From positions 5,830,001-5,894,000 of the forward strand of contig CM119371.1 of assembly GCA_051294905.1 (NCBI GenBank): 64,000 nucleotides of DNA, read 5' to 3'. Position 1 is the first letter of the stretch. Each line of letters begins with the position of its first letter. Position numbers and translations under genes: made by a program. Positions 12,701 through 25,174 of the stretch are shown here, piece by piece. Under the pieces are notes generated by a model, which was not told where the DNA came from, searched no databases, and worked only from the letters and a program-made list of their open reading frames with translations. The DNA comes from Botryllus schlosseri. Lineage: Eukaryota.

Positions 12701-13156
12701 AATGTTAGAGGGGCAAAGTGAATGGTTCAAAGAGAATTGGAAAGAAATCCTGAAAATCAGTTAATTTTTCAATTTGTTTTCACGATATACATGCATTTAC
12801 TTTGTTCTTTCAGGCCTGCACTTACGTGTTCACCTGCTATGAAACTTATCTTCATAAATTTCGAATGGGTTTGTAGCGTCTTGCAAATATACTTCTGTGG
12901 AGCATAGGAACGTTTCGGGCATCTTCAAGGATTTATATATTTCTATTGGGTCATCTTCAAAGAGTGTGGATCAGCTGAGGGTATTCATTGCATTGAGATA
13001 AATCAGTGAGAACTTCGTCTACTTTGTAGGTCAGTGACGAAATAGGGACGATAGCGTCGTGTTGTCATGACAGAATCGTGCACGCGTGTCCGGTCGAAGG
13101 CAAAAAAAATCTGGCAACGCTATATCGGAAAACGACGTCTGGAAATCGATACTTAA

Positions 13157-15057
13157 AGGTCAACTGCATCTCAAAAATGACTTTGCCTTATTTCGTACAT
13201 TATGTGGTTAGGAATATGAATAAAATAATGAAAATTGAAAATACCTTATAGTTTTCAAGTAATTTAAATTATAAATCGAAAAGTCAAAAAACGGAAACGA
13301 AACCATTCAGCCATGAAATGACGTCATGTAACTGACACAGCAGAAGTCTTGATACCTGGTTTGCATAAGGTTATCCCTGTTGCTGTGGATTTGAGTATTT
13401 CAGTGTGATCATGAAAGCTGTTAAGAAGATGAGGAATGGAGGTAGACGTTATGTCGCGTATGGCTGCTACAATACGCAATATGCGGTACTCAAAGTGTCC
13501 TTACATCGCTTTCACAAGCCATATGCCGTCAGCCGACCGGACGCCTATAGCTGATTAGCAGAACAGTGCGGAACACCGTGAAGACCAAAATTGCGCACAG
13601 AATCATATTCATGCGCGGATCACTTCCAACCATCTTGCTTCAATGAGGTATCCGAGATACACAAGCTAATTGACTACCGAACACAGGCAACTCCCGTCCA
13701 CACTTTATTTTCACGGAGGAATACCGGTACTCCTCTAAAGCTACGTACTGTCCGAAATCGGTAAGTGAAAATGTATTGAGTCAGCTAGTACTATAAGACT
13801 GTAACTAACCGTTTCTATTAGTATTGACTGTGATAGTAACGAAAGTAGTTATTGTTTGCACTCAAGTATACATGTAGAATTAAGTACGGTACCGTATATG
13901 CCTTCAAAAACTTTTGAAGTGGAAGTATTCTAAAATTAAGCCACTTCACTCATTGAATGAAGTAGTGGCATTAGTTACTGAAAAGGGAGTATGTAACCAG
14001 CTGACTGCATGACCTGATGGTTACATCGCTGACCCCCTTTTATCAGGGTTGTAGCCAAGTGGCAAATTTCCGAGTCACAAGTCATCTCACTTCTATAGTT
14101 TTAGCTCGAGTCGCGTCCTTTTCAATTATCCACGGAGTCCATAAAAGTTTTATGGACTCCGTGGATAATTGAAAAGGACGCGACTCGAGCTAAAACTATA
14201 GAAGTGAGATGACTTGTGACTCGGAAATTTGCCACTTGGCTACAACCCTGATAAAATCATAGACTGATGAAGCTGTAGCCTATGAGTCAGGAAGCCTACT
14301 TATCATGTAAGCAGCAAAAGCAACAGGATAATACCGATGATCCATTACTATATCGTAATCTATGTCCCTCTCAAGATGTTGGCAGCTCAGCGGAGATGAG
14401 AAAGTACCAGTATCACCATAACTGTCGTAAAGTACTGTGTTAACTGTTCAAAACAACCCTTATAAGATTTCACCATATTCACAAGCCATACGCATCATTG
14501 TAGGATGCAGTTTGCAATCCTTTATTTAATGATACTTGAGAAGGAATACTGCCTTCAATCTGACTGTGTTATAACACCTTGTGATATTTTTTTGCCTTCT
14601 CTAGATTACTGCAATGAAGAAGTCAATGCACTCGTCAAAACACGACCAGGAACGGCAGAGTTCATCAATTTTATTTGAGTAGCGGCATCGTCAAAATTAG
14701 CTCGGATGATGATATTGCTGGACACAAAACCCGATATGTTTTTCTTCCTGATACAGTAGCAGTGTTGATGGATTAGTTTGTTGCATTTACTATTTTCAAT
14801 AAAACTATTTTCATGCGCAATGAAGCATTTCAAAATTGAAATCCTTTGACACTACTGGATGTGACTTTTGATCGGATGGCAGTAACGACATGCGCAGGCA
14901 GGATTTTCCGTGTTGTTTTCTGCAGAATCTCCATAGCAATCGGACGAAATTCCTGTGCAGTGTTTCTCAGCTTCCTGAAAAGTGTAGTGTTAGGAAATTA
15001 CTTGGCATTGGACTCTCCGTTTCATCTTAATGAGGCTCATTCACTCATGCATCAAAC
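13157..15057 (+). mobile_element. Decayed Kolobok-like DNA transposon, left part (THAP domain, transposase remnants, convergent KolX 3' end)
   Basis: TTAA|AGGTCAACTG terminus at 13153-13166. THAP-like YVAYGCYN...VSLHRF...CADHFQPSCF at 13411-13760. A convergent P2X7-ballast-like C-terminus lies on the minus strand at ~14835-14975. Confidence 0.65.
14038..14256. repeat. Perfect palindrome: 109-bp arms with a 1-nt loop at 14147
   Basis: TTTTATCAGGGTTG...GAGTCCATAAAA G TTTTATGGACTC...CAACCCTGATAAAA; no mismatch seen on manual comparison. Confidence 0.95.
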
Positions 15058-15074
15058 CTACAGGGTTGGTGCGA

Positions 15075-15590
15075 TGACATGCAAAATAAGGTCAAAAACA
15101 TGCAAAATAAGGTCAGTCGCGACATGCAAAATAAGGTCAGTCACATGCAAAATAAGGTCAGTCGCGACATGCAAAATAAGGTCAATCCGCGCATAAATCC
15201 AAATCCTTACTCCAATTCCAAATCCAACTCTTTTTCTTATGAAAACGAAATTCAAAATATCTTTCCTGTATATAGGCCTACTTTCAACAGTAAAATTCCT
15301 TATCTATATCCTAAGTCTTAAGATGTTTCAATCAAAAGATAATCATGATTATCTTGATTACGAAGTCAGTCGCATGTAGAATATTATTATCAGTCCGCGC
15401 ATAAATCCAAATCCATATTTCATTTACAAATCCAACTCTTTCTCCTATGAAAAATGAATTTAAAATATCTTTCCTATATAGTAATTTCATGATTGAGAAT
15501 CCTCATCTATATCCTAAAGCTGAAGATGTTTCAACAAAATATAATCAGACGATTATTAAGATCACGAGATGATTAGTCGCATCTAGAATA
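15075..15590. repeat. Short tandem array (ACATGCAAAATAAGGTCA units, about 5 copies, 15075-15185) followed by a ~208-bp tandem duplication
   Basis: ACATGCAAAATAAGGTCA is repeated. CCGCGCATAAATCCAAATCC occurs at ~15187 and ~15395. Confidence 0.85.
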
Positions 15591-15596
15591 TTAACA

Positions 15597-17795
15597 AGGT
15601 CAACTGTATCTCTACAGACAACTTTGCGGAATCATGTTCAGAACTTTTTTTTAAACCTAAATGGCCGACTTTCCGTGTTTCAACTCAATCGGAAATTACC
15701 GTAATTTTGACTGAAAGTCCCAATATTGGCATGTTTACAGAAAAAGCAGAATGTGCATTGTGACGTCAAGTACATGACATCTCTATTCTCACCACAGCGG
15801 ATAAGTGTGTTCGCCAAGACGCTGGGCGAATATTTGAGTTAGTTGTATGGCGAAGGACTCGCTTGTATGGTGTTAAAACTGAGTCTGAGTACTTGAATGT
15901 AAGTATGAAATGCGGACGCGCTTAACCCTTTTGAAATCTTATGCTATTGTCAACTTTCCCAAGAATTTGAATCGGTTCACTAAAATTTCGATAAAGTCAC
16001 ATCTATACGTTCAATCAAGGCGTGCATGGTATCGTAGTAACAAGAAGGTTGCCCTCTAGCGTATTACGCCTTCGAAACAGTTACCCGCAAGAGGTATCAT
16101 AACATCATGGGCTGCTGAACGCGAGAACAGTTTGTTTTGATCAGCAGTTATGTTCTTATAACCTGGTGTAAACCCTGATAGCCCCGTACTGCGCTCTGGA
16201 TCATGTTGCCACGTCGAAGGTAGAGATATTCTCTTTTCAACAAAACATCAATGAATGATCTAGCATTATTTATCTCGTTATAACGTGGGAAATGCCTGTC
16301 AGACTTTAAAAGGGTTGGTGGGGATTCGCTCGATCCCACATCAGTGAAACCCCTGTCAGCTTCGTATGATAGGTCGGTTGGTAATCTCTAGTGTGATCAG
16401 CGTAAAAGCTAAATGAAATGCAGTATGGTAGCGGCCTATGTATAATTTGGTGGATTGCCTCGTTTCAATTAGGAATATTGCTACAATCAATCACAGGTGT
16501 TGATATGGAGGTTGCCAGCTCAAATGCCAACTATCAGGGAGAGTTTGTACTGACAGAATAAGAGTGAATCACAGCATTACCATGATTTCAATCAGTTTGT
16601 TGGGATGGTGATGCATTGAAAATGTCTTACTATAGATCTGAACAGGATTATGGCCACAGAATTATAACATCTCTAGTTTGATGCATGAGTGAATGAGCCT
16701 CATTAAGATGAAACGACCAGTCCGTTGCCAAGTAATTTCCTAACACAACTACACTTTTCAGGAAGCTGAGAAACACTGCACAGGAATTTCGTCCGATCGC
16801 TATGGGGATTCTGCAGAAAACAACACGGAAAATCCTGCCTGCGCATGTCGTTACTGCCATCCGATCAAAAGTCACATCCAGTAGTTTCAAAGGATTTCAA
16901 TTTTGAAATGCTTCATTGTGAATGAAAAAAGTTTTATTGAAAATAGTAAACGCAACAAACTAATCCATCAACACTGCTACTGTATCAGGAAGAGAAATAT
17001 ATCGGGTTTTGTGTCCAGCAATATCATCATCCGAGCTAATTTTGACGATGCCGCTACTCAAATAAAATTGATGAACTCTGCCGTTCCTGGTCTTGTTTTG
17101 ATGAGTGCATTGACTTCTTCATTGCAGTAATCTAGAGAAGGCAAAAAATATCACAAGGTGTTGAACACAGTCAGATTGAAGGCAGTATTCCTAACGTTGT
17201 ATTCTTAAGTATCATTAAATAAATGATTGCCAACTGCATCCTACAATGATGCGTATGGCCTGTGAATATGGTGAAATCTTATAAGGGTTGTTTTGAACAG
17301 TACTTTACGACAGTTATGGTGATACTGGTACTTTCTCATCTCCGCTGAGCTGCCAACATCTTGAGAGGGACATAGATTACTATGGTTCATCGGTATTATC
17401 TTGTTGCTTTTGCTGCTTACATGATGAGCAGGCTTCCTGACTCATAGGCTATAGCTTCATCAGTCTATGATTTTACCAGGGTTGTAGCCAAGTCGCAAAA
17501 TTCCGAGTCGCAAGTCAATCTCACTTCCATAGTTTTGGCTCGAGTCTCGTCCTTTTCAATTATCCACCGATTCCGTAAAAGGTGGTCAGTGATGTAACCA
17601 TCAGGTCATGCAGTCAGCTGGTTACATATTTCCTTTTCAGTAACTAATGCCACTACTTCATTCAATGAGTGAAGTGGCTTAATTTTAGAATACTTCCACT
17701 TCAAAAGTTTTTGAAGGCATATACTTAATTCTACATGTATATACTTGAGTGCAAACAATAACTACTTTCATTACCACCACAGTCAATACTAATAG
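15597..17795 (-). mobile_element. Inverted copy of the right half of the Kolobok-like element; KolX/P2X7-ballast-like remnant reads on the + strand
   Basis: A second AGGTCAACTG terminus at 15597. Segment 16676-17795 is the reverse complement of 13815-15057. Plus-strand motifs include YYAFE, GCQL-MPTIRES and KLRNTAQEF...RKILPAHVVTAIRSK...FKGF. Confidence 0.65.
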
Positions 17796-17987
17796 CTGTT
17801 GCCTTTGAAATCGCCCAGAAACTTATTCAGGCTGTGTGTCGTGAATAATAAAATATTCGCGGTCGGAAAGAAGAAGGACCCCCTGTCTATCGAAACTTAC
17901 GACTTGGATGAGAAAGTGCGGAAGAGTGTGGATCGAAATTTTGACTTTAGTATTATGGGACTAGCGTCTGCGCCATCGTGTTTGTAG
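17796..17987 (+). pseudogene. Orphan 3' fragment of a Kelch-repeat gene
   Basis: PLKSPRNLFRLCVVNNKIFAVG...IETYDLDEKV, then a stop and an AATAAA near 18099. It begins exactly where the inverted repeat ends. Confidence 0.7.
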
Positions 17988-18649
17988 ATAGTTTTTAAAT
18001 TTGTTGCGAATCGTGATAATGTTCATACCAATTTTCGCAAACTCTTTTTTGAATCAAAACTGAACAGTTGTGAATGTTTTTCCATTTATTTCACCAGCAA
18101 TAAATATTTTTTTCAATATTGTCAATTTTTTTATATGCGTGTGGTTATGGTGTTGCCTTGATATCACATGCACCTGGACCTCTGCGAGCCAGTCTTAGGG
18201 GCTCCACTGGAGGTCAAGATACGCAAAACTGGTACATATGATTTGTGATGACACGTCGTTATTGGTTGTAGGCGGGGTTGCATTTAAAACAAACGGTGTT
18301 TTGAAACATTGTGATTTAAACGAATGCCATTAAAAAAATTCAAACGTTGTCTAATTACGCCATAAAAGTATGAGCCTACGGACGATTTGCCCCTAATATA
18401 GTCGACGTATACGATATGGGGTGGCTGAAACCCTCGAGATCGTCGTTGGTTCAACAGTTAGAACGTCTAGTTTAGATTGGTACTGAATGGGCGTTCAGAT
18501 GATGAAGACCACAGACCGCAAAAATGCTGCTTAACGACTGTAGTCTGTTTATGACATTGGTCGGAAGCCCTTTTTGGCGAAGGAGCTGTATTTACCATAG
18601 TGTCTTATATGGTGTGAACACAAGCAAATCTCACGGCTCAGTGAAATTG

Positions 18650-18980
18650 GTCTACGTCATTTCGGCAAAAATCAGTGACCACAACCATATTGGTTTTCTA
18701 TCACAAGAACAACAAAGGACACCCCCCGAAACATATCACCTCTGCAGACGACGAGAGTTAGTGGACGAAGAAGCGCTCGATGATGCCGCATTCAATCAAT
18801 TTAAAACATCAGCCATCCCCCACATCTCGGTAAACAACTTTGACGAAAAATTTGTTGAGTTTATGTCTGCTATCAAATCACTGCTGGAACAATTTGCACC
18901 TCTACAGCGTCTTTCGAGAAGTCAAAGAAAATTGAAGCGAAATCCGTGGATGACCACAAAGCTGATTCAACTTATCCGTT
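18650..18980 (+). mobile_element. CR1/L2-group LINE ORF2 fragment (end of endonuclease plus linker)
   Basis: ISDH motif followed by LLEQFAPL...KRNPWMT. Confidence 0.75.
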
Positions 18981-19250
18981 TAATTTATCCTAATTAAGAA
19001 TTTCTTACGAGAACCGCTCGAACGACTTCCTTTTAAATTATCCTAATTAAGAATTTCTTACGAGAACCGCTCGAACGACTTCCTTTTAAATTATCCTAAT
19101 TAAAAATTTCTTACGAGAACCGCTCGAACGACTTCCTTTTAATTTATCCTAATTAAGAATTTCTTATTAGAACCGCTCGAATGACTCAAACGACTTCCTT
19201 TTAAATAATCCTAATTAAGTATCTCTTACAAGAACCGCTCGAACGACTCG
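18980..19250. repeat. ~53-bp minisatellite, about 5 copies
   Basis: Unit TTATCCTAATTAAGAATTTCTTACGAGAACCGCTCGAACGACTTCCTTTTAAA. Confidence 0.93.
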
Positions 19251-19968
19251 CGCTCGCCGGCTATCTCCAAAGCAGACTCGCGCCTTTGCGTTTCGACCAT
19301 CTGCATCTACGCCGACGCTGGTCCAGGTCTCGGTTGTTTTCGGCCAAGAGGGCGCTCTGCGCCTGCTGCGTCACCGTACCCAGTTTTTCATACCTGCGAC
19401 ATACCCCGAAATGGCCACACTATAATTTTATATTATAGTTACAAATTCGAATTGTAATAACATCGATTCTGCTGGCTATACTAATTTTTGCTACTTTTGC
19501 AACGTGTTTTTACAGCTTCCGGCAGCTTCCTGAATAGACAGAAGTTGTATGGTATGGTGTTTTGAGAGGTTTGCAGGAATCTTATATTGCAACTTTTCTC
19601 CATTTTTCATTAAATTTATTGCAACTGTTTTTGATTTGTCATGCAACTTATCGTAAGTTTTTCAATTCTTCAAGCATCTAACTTTTGTGTCACGATTACA
19701 CACAAGCAATCAGGCCATTTCATCGCGGCTCGACTGGTGAAGTTGTCGTTACATACGAAAAATGACTGGAACTTCACCTGTTGGAATATTGATCAGCAGT
19801 TTGGCTTTCGGCAAGTCGTCTCAATCTAGCGGTCTCAGATCTCAACTGTCCGACATCTGAAGGGTAAACAAACCGGACATAAAAAACGGGCTTTGCATAT
19901 CGCGCAACGCCACAGAAGTCTGTGTATCATTCACTACGAAGAGATTGGCAAGGTTAAACTTAGGCCTA

Positions 19969-20465
19969 CCAGGATTGTAACCAAGTCACAAGGCTCCGAG
20001 TGACAAGTCTCTCTCACTTTTAGACTCGAGTCACGTCCAGTCATTTTCAATTCACTATCAAGTCAAGTCTGAGCCCTAACCAGCGAACATAGGGCCAAGT
20101 CTGAGTCATGGTATTATGACTCAAATTCGAGTCATTGTGTTTTCTGTTCAGTTTCCAGTTAAAGTCTTGTTAAACCCACTTTTTACAACTCTGTATGGTG
20201 AAGTCAGCTGGAAAGTAACCACATGATTGGTATTTCGTCTAGTAGTTCTGGTGCTGGCTGGTGAAACTGAGGAAAATTACGATATTATGAATGTGAGCCA
20301 TTTCCCTCCAGCAGAGTTGAAAAAGTGGGTTGAACCAGATTGAACTCAAAACTGAACAGTCAACACAAAGCGTTGAATTGAAAATAACTCGACTTGACTT
20401 GGCTCCAAACTATAAATGCGAGATTGACTTTCGACTCGAAACCTTGCGACTCGGTCACAACCCAG
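19969..20465. mobile_element. GAGTC/GACTC-rich hAT-like MITE family member
   Basis: CAGGATTGTAACCAAGTC ... GACTCGGTCACAACCCAG ends with many GAGTC subterminal motifs. Relatives lie at ~34625-34760, ~58400-58896, ~60950-61499 and within the 14-kb and 17.5-kb repeats. Confidence 0.7.
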
Positions 20466-23357
20466 ACTCGGGCGAATCAACTTTTCAAAACTGCTCGGTC
20501 TAGTTCCTTCAGGAATTGAAAATAGTTTTGCCAGTTATTGCCATGGTTACTTTCCATGGTTTTGGACGAGCATCCCAGAAGACAATCCTTGACAACTTTC
20601 CTCCATTTCCTCCGATTTTCAATAATAATTCCTAGCCAAGTTAAAATCAGCTAAAAATACACCCGTATCTCTCTCAGTGTTACCTTCAAGATCCAGTCTC
20701 AAGCGAGACAGCTTCGTTTTCGCATCTTTCAATTCGACAGCCTTTTTCTCGACCGAGAGTTTCAGGGCGTTGACAACGTCCTGGCTGCATCTGTTATTGT
20801 TCGACAACAACGAAGTTAGATTTCTGCTTTTTCGCGAACGTTGCCTCAAGCTGACTTTGCAAAGCGGAAACCTGATACATGATATTAAATGGTATACTCA
20901 ATGAGCCATATTGAAATATTCCCAAATATTTTCAACAGCAATAACTTCGCTTCTAGTGATTGGAAGTGAGCAAAAACTGTTGAGATCGCTCTTTTCGTCA
21001 ACTTATAGGCTATACCTGATTTTTGAATTCTTTTACGCTGTCCTCTTTCTCTTTGAGCTCCATCGAGACTCCGTCAAGCATGGACTAGAGAGATCTAATC
21101 TCGTCGCTCTTCTGTTGCAGCCGGCAACTTTGCGAGCACACCTCGCTGAGCTGCTTACGTAGGTCGGCATTTTCGTTACATAGAGCTGAAATCAAAACAA
21201 ACCTGTTGGCTTGGAAGAAATTGGATACTTCCGTAACATATTTTTATAGATCAGAATTCTACCTTGTTCAACAAAAACCGAATCATAATCTGCAATTGTA
21301 GAATACATTCACATTGTAATAAACACAAATATTTTCGGCCAGCACTCGACGATGGTAAGTGTCAACCCGGTATATGGTCGTAACGACTCAAGTCATTTGA
21401 CATTACCGTACTTGACATTTGTGGAATAAGTGTACAAACGCTATTTGATCTGTTTGAGTAAACATGTTATTAGTGAAAAAAAAAAATAGGTATATTATGT
21501 ATGGAAAGAACGACCAATATTGGGGTACATCACAGGAGTAGGTCGAGCCCGTATCGATCTCAATAATGAACAAGGAACTCAATAATCGGAATCTAAAGAT
21601 CAGTAATTCGAGAACACGGAACCAAGGTCAGCTACTTGCGGCTATACTTGACCTCTACATATGTCTTAAAAATATGATAGACGACAGTTGTTGTTTGCTT
21701 CTACGCATAGTTATAGTCAATTTCTGTATATGAATGCTAAAATGAGGTGTGTTAGTTACGTGTTAAGCCGTCCCGAGGCCACTTCTGAAAACCGGGAAAG
21801 AGAATTTTTGCAGACTGGGGTCAAACGCATGGACGACAAGGATATCTCGAGTTATGCTGGTCATAAACCTTTATATATCGCTATCGATAAGTCCCGTTCA
21901 CGTATATACAAAGCAATATAGCTTGGGTGAAGAACCGCATATCTTCAGCAGTACTGTTATCTGTTTCTTTTTTACTTCTTGGCTGGTCGAGGGCGAGCTG
22001 ATATATCCATGGCTGGTGTCCAAATATTCGAACACAGAAAATAAAATTTACTGTAATTATTAGACATATTATAACATTAGTCGGAAGGATGTTATAGCCA
22101 CCACTGTGACTTGTATTTTAAAGAGTATATATGTAGCACCGTCTGCACAACACGCCTTCATACGCCTTTACGTACGCTTTGAATTAGTTTTCGAGGAAGG
22201 TAGAAGGCCTACTACACGTGACACGCAACGTCTTCGTATTTTGGGCGGGGATTGTCTGCCCGCTTTCACCCACTAGCGAATGCACATGCATATCCAATAG
22301 AATGCTTCCTCGTGACTTTGACGATATCGCTTGACTTGAATGCGATATGTTGGCTTCGTGACTGCGCAACAAGGACTTTCCTGAAATTGCGAAAAATTCA
22401 AACGTACGGATTGAATTACATAATACAGTGGTTCTCAACTGGGGGTCCGCGACGGATTGTCAGGGGGTCTGCGAAACATACATACATCAGCAGACAAAAT
22501 ATACTTGGGTGCTCCGAAAAAGTACAAGTGCTTCGTTGCTGGCGTTCATGTGTGCATTCAGTGTGAATTTGGTTACTCAGTCTGAAAATATCACCATTGA
22601 CTGAGCCCGGGCGTGATTTCAAGCGGCTTGCAGGTCGCGACTCTGCTAGAGTACTCTTAAGACGTAATCTATTTGTTTGCCTTCATGCTCGGGTTCCGGT
22701 CAAAATCTACGGGCTAATTTCAAGCTGGTTAATGATTTGTAAGGGCGCCGCGTCTCTGCATTGGTGTGAACTTAGTAAGTGCGCGCTCTGAGCCAACGTC
22801 AAGTCAAACTTTTGACTTAGCGATCGCCAGAACTGTAAATTAGATTACTGGCTGTGTTTTAGTTGTACGTAAGCTTTGAGTGTGCCAAGATGTAGCATTT
22901 GAGCATCGATCGAGTTTGCCGGTTCGTTACTAGACGGAGACGCCGACGCGAGAAAGCGCAGTTTTCGCCCCTGACCGTCAGAGGTCCATGTCAGGACTTC
23001 TGCCACTCAACTATTTTAGCAAATGCCCCGTTACAGAAGTTTGAAAAGTGAAAATAGTAGAAGGAATTCCATTTTAAAAACTGCCGAATCGCGATTCGTT
23101 TGATTACAATTCTCGAATGGGTTGTTCACTTCACTTCTATTTTGTGAAGCTGTAACGGCCGATCGTCTGCCGCTAGATAGGACATCTCTATACCTTGGAA
23201 TGTTTCCTTCGTGTTGTGTTATTATTCGGCAGTATTAACATATCGTTGGTCGCGATATTGATGTTTTGTACTTATAAAAGCCCAATATTGGTTTCGATGA
23301 CGATTGTCGCAGCACTGTGACGTCACAGCAATGATATCCCTACTGTGTCTTCACGAC

Positions 23358-24767
23358 CAGAGATGGGCGGATTCCAGATTTTGGGAATCCGTATCCGTCC
23401 TGATCCGACAGTCAAATAGGATTTCGGAGTCCGACAGTTGAGCAACAAAATTAGGATCCGAAAAAATCCTGCTATTGCTTTAGTGCTATTTCACATTAAA
23501 TATAGCCTGCAAAACAGATATGAACATTATAATCAACCTGATTGGAATCGCTGGCCGTTTTGCCTGATATATCAGGTGAGCAGGGAGTAATTTCCAAGTT
23601 AAAGTAAATCATTAAAAAATATTTAAAAAATAAAACATAGTGTGAGCACAGGACACCGATTCCATACAGGATAATCAACAAATTAGCATCAAGTAATGCC
23701 TTACAAGGATTTATTTATATCACATCTCGAATCAATACGGTAATGTTAGGTACGGTATATATCTTGAATATATATGCGAGTGGTGGGAACTAGGCAGCGG
23801 AAATGAGCTAAAAAGACTATGAGAACAGAGAAAGCAATATTAGTTGCTTTACGGTGAGGGTAAACATAGTAACCCGGAATGTCATGATTCCAACAACAAA
23901 ATCAGATATTGTGCATTGTGACTTGGCCAAGACAACTAGGCCTATAGTACTACTGAAGAGTGGAACTAAATTTTCACAAGCGGCACAGTCACAGAACAGA
24001 CATGTATCAAACAAAATGGATGAATCAATCAAAATGATCACTTGATAGAGCAGCAATGAATAGGAAATATATATAATATTATATAATCAGCATGATGATG
24101 TGCACAATCAATCAGAGAGTACCGGTGGTACTTCAGTTCTAGTGTGTTTCCGAAATCATAAACATGATCAATTGACCATGCCAGCATATATTCATACATT
24201 ACCGCACCACACAATCATTCCAAATGGCATTAGAATTCAGAACCACCAGTTACCTCTGCAACAACACCTCGCTCTTCTGTCATCCTGACAACTGATATCA
24301 AGTACCCTAATGGCTGATGAACAGGAAGGATAAGAATCAATATCTGAGGAACAACTGAATTCGAAAACAAACACTTGTGCAGCTCGCTTGCTGGAGCCTG
24401 CCTTAGTCCTTATGATCTCATCCAGCAGTAATCTCATCACTGGAGAAACTTTTCTATGTTGCTTACGCATTTCAACGACGTGACCGGTATCACCGGTGTC
24501 AACGTTGTCATTTATTGTCGGAACCAGCCTGGGCTTGATCCATGGCAATGAATGCATTTAACTACGGAAATATTATCGAAGCAGCTTTTTTTCATTGAAT
24601 ATGAGATATCTTGAACCTTTATCACCTAATATTTGTTATGAATATCAAATCCTGTTTAAATCCGGCTCATATGGCAGTTTCAGAATCCGGCTCCGATCCG
24701 GCCGCAGTAAAATTCATCAAAATCCTGCTCCGGCTCCGGCTCCTGAACCGGACTGTGGCCATCTCTT
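23358..24767 (-). mobile_element. Non-autonomous hAT (Ac-like) element with a BED-finger-like remnant
   Basis: Ends CAGAGATGGGC / GGCCATCTCTT; 8-bp TSD TTCACGAC at 23350-23357 and 24768-24775. ATCCG subterminal repeats. Minus-strand RKVSPV...IRTKAGSS. Confidence 0.85.
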
Positions 24768-25174
24768 TTCACGACTAATACCGCAAATAGGTAGGTCTAC
24801 AATTGCTGAAAATTCATTCATATTGAATGAGACAGCTAGTGAAGTTAACTTATGCATACTTTTTTCAAATCAAATAGCAAAAAGTGGTTTTAGGTAGCAG
24901 TGAAGGCAGTGTGAAAACACAACCACTCGAATAAGCAGCAGGAGTAGGCAAAACCTACTCGAGTAATTCGAAAAAATAGAAGTCATTACACAACATACGA
25001 GATCGGGTCAAGTGAATTACCGTACCGCAGACTGCAGACAAAAGTGAAATTTGATTAGCACGAAAAAAGGATGTCAAACTTATGGCCAGTGGACCAGAAC
25101 TGACCCGTCGGGTAATTGTATTGTGGATCGAGAGGGCCTTGAATGTCTGATCAATAAATAGATTGTAAACGTGA

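Noticed and set aside
12000..13030. Coding-like segments on both strands
   Set aside because: No consistent exon chain or recognisable domain could be built.
16200..16500. ISL2EU/Harbinger transposase (ADRGF and VIDC motifs on the minus strand)
   Set aside because: The motifs are short and isolated, and part of the region is better explained by KolX-like motifs on the + strand. Unresolved without an HMM search.
14606..17130. Duplicated small 'genes' in the ORF track (14606/16903 and 14846/16648)
   Set aside because: They are wrong-strand translations of the inverted Kolobok-like duplication.
18980..19250. CRISPR-like array
   Set aside because: The units are head-to-tail with no unique spacers, there are no cas genes, and the context is eukaryotic.
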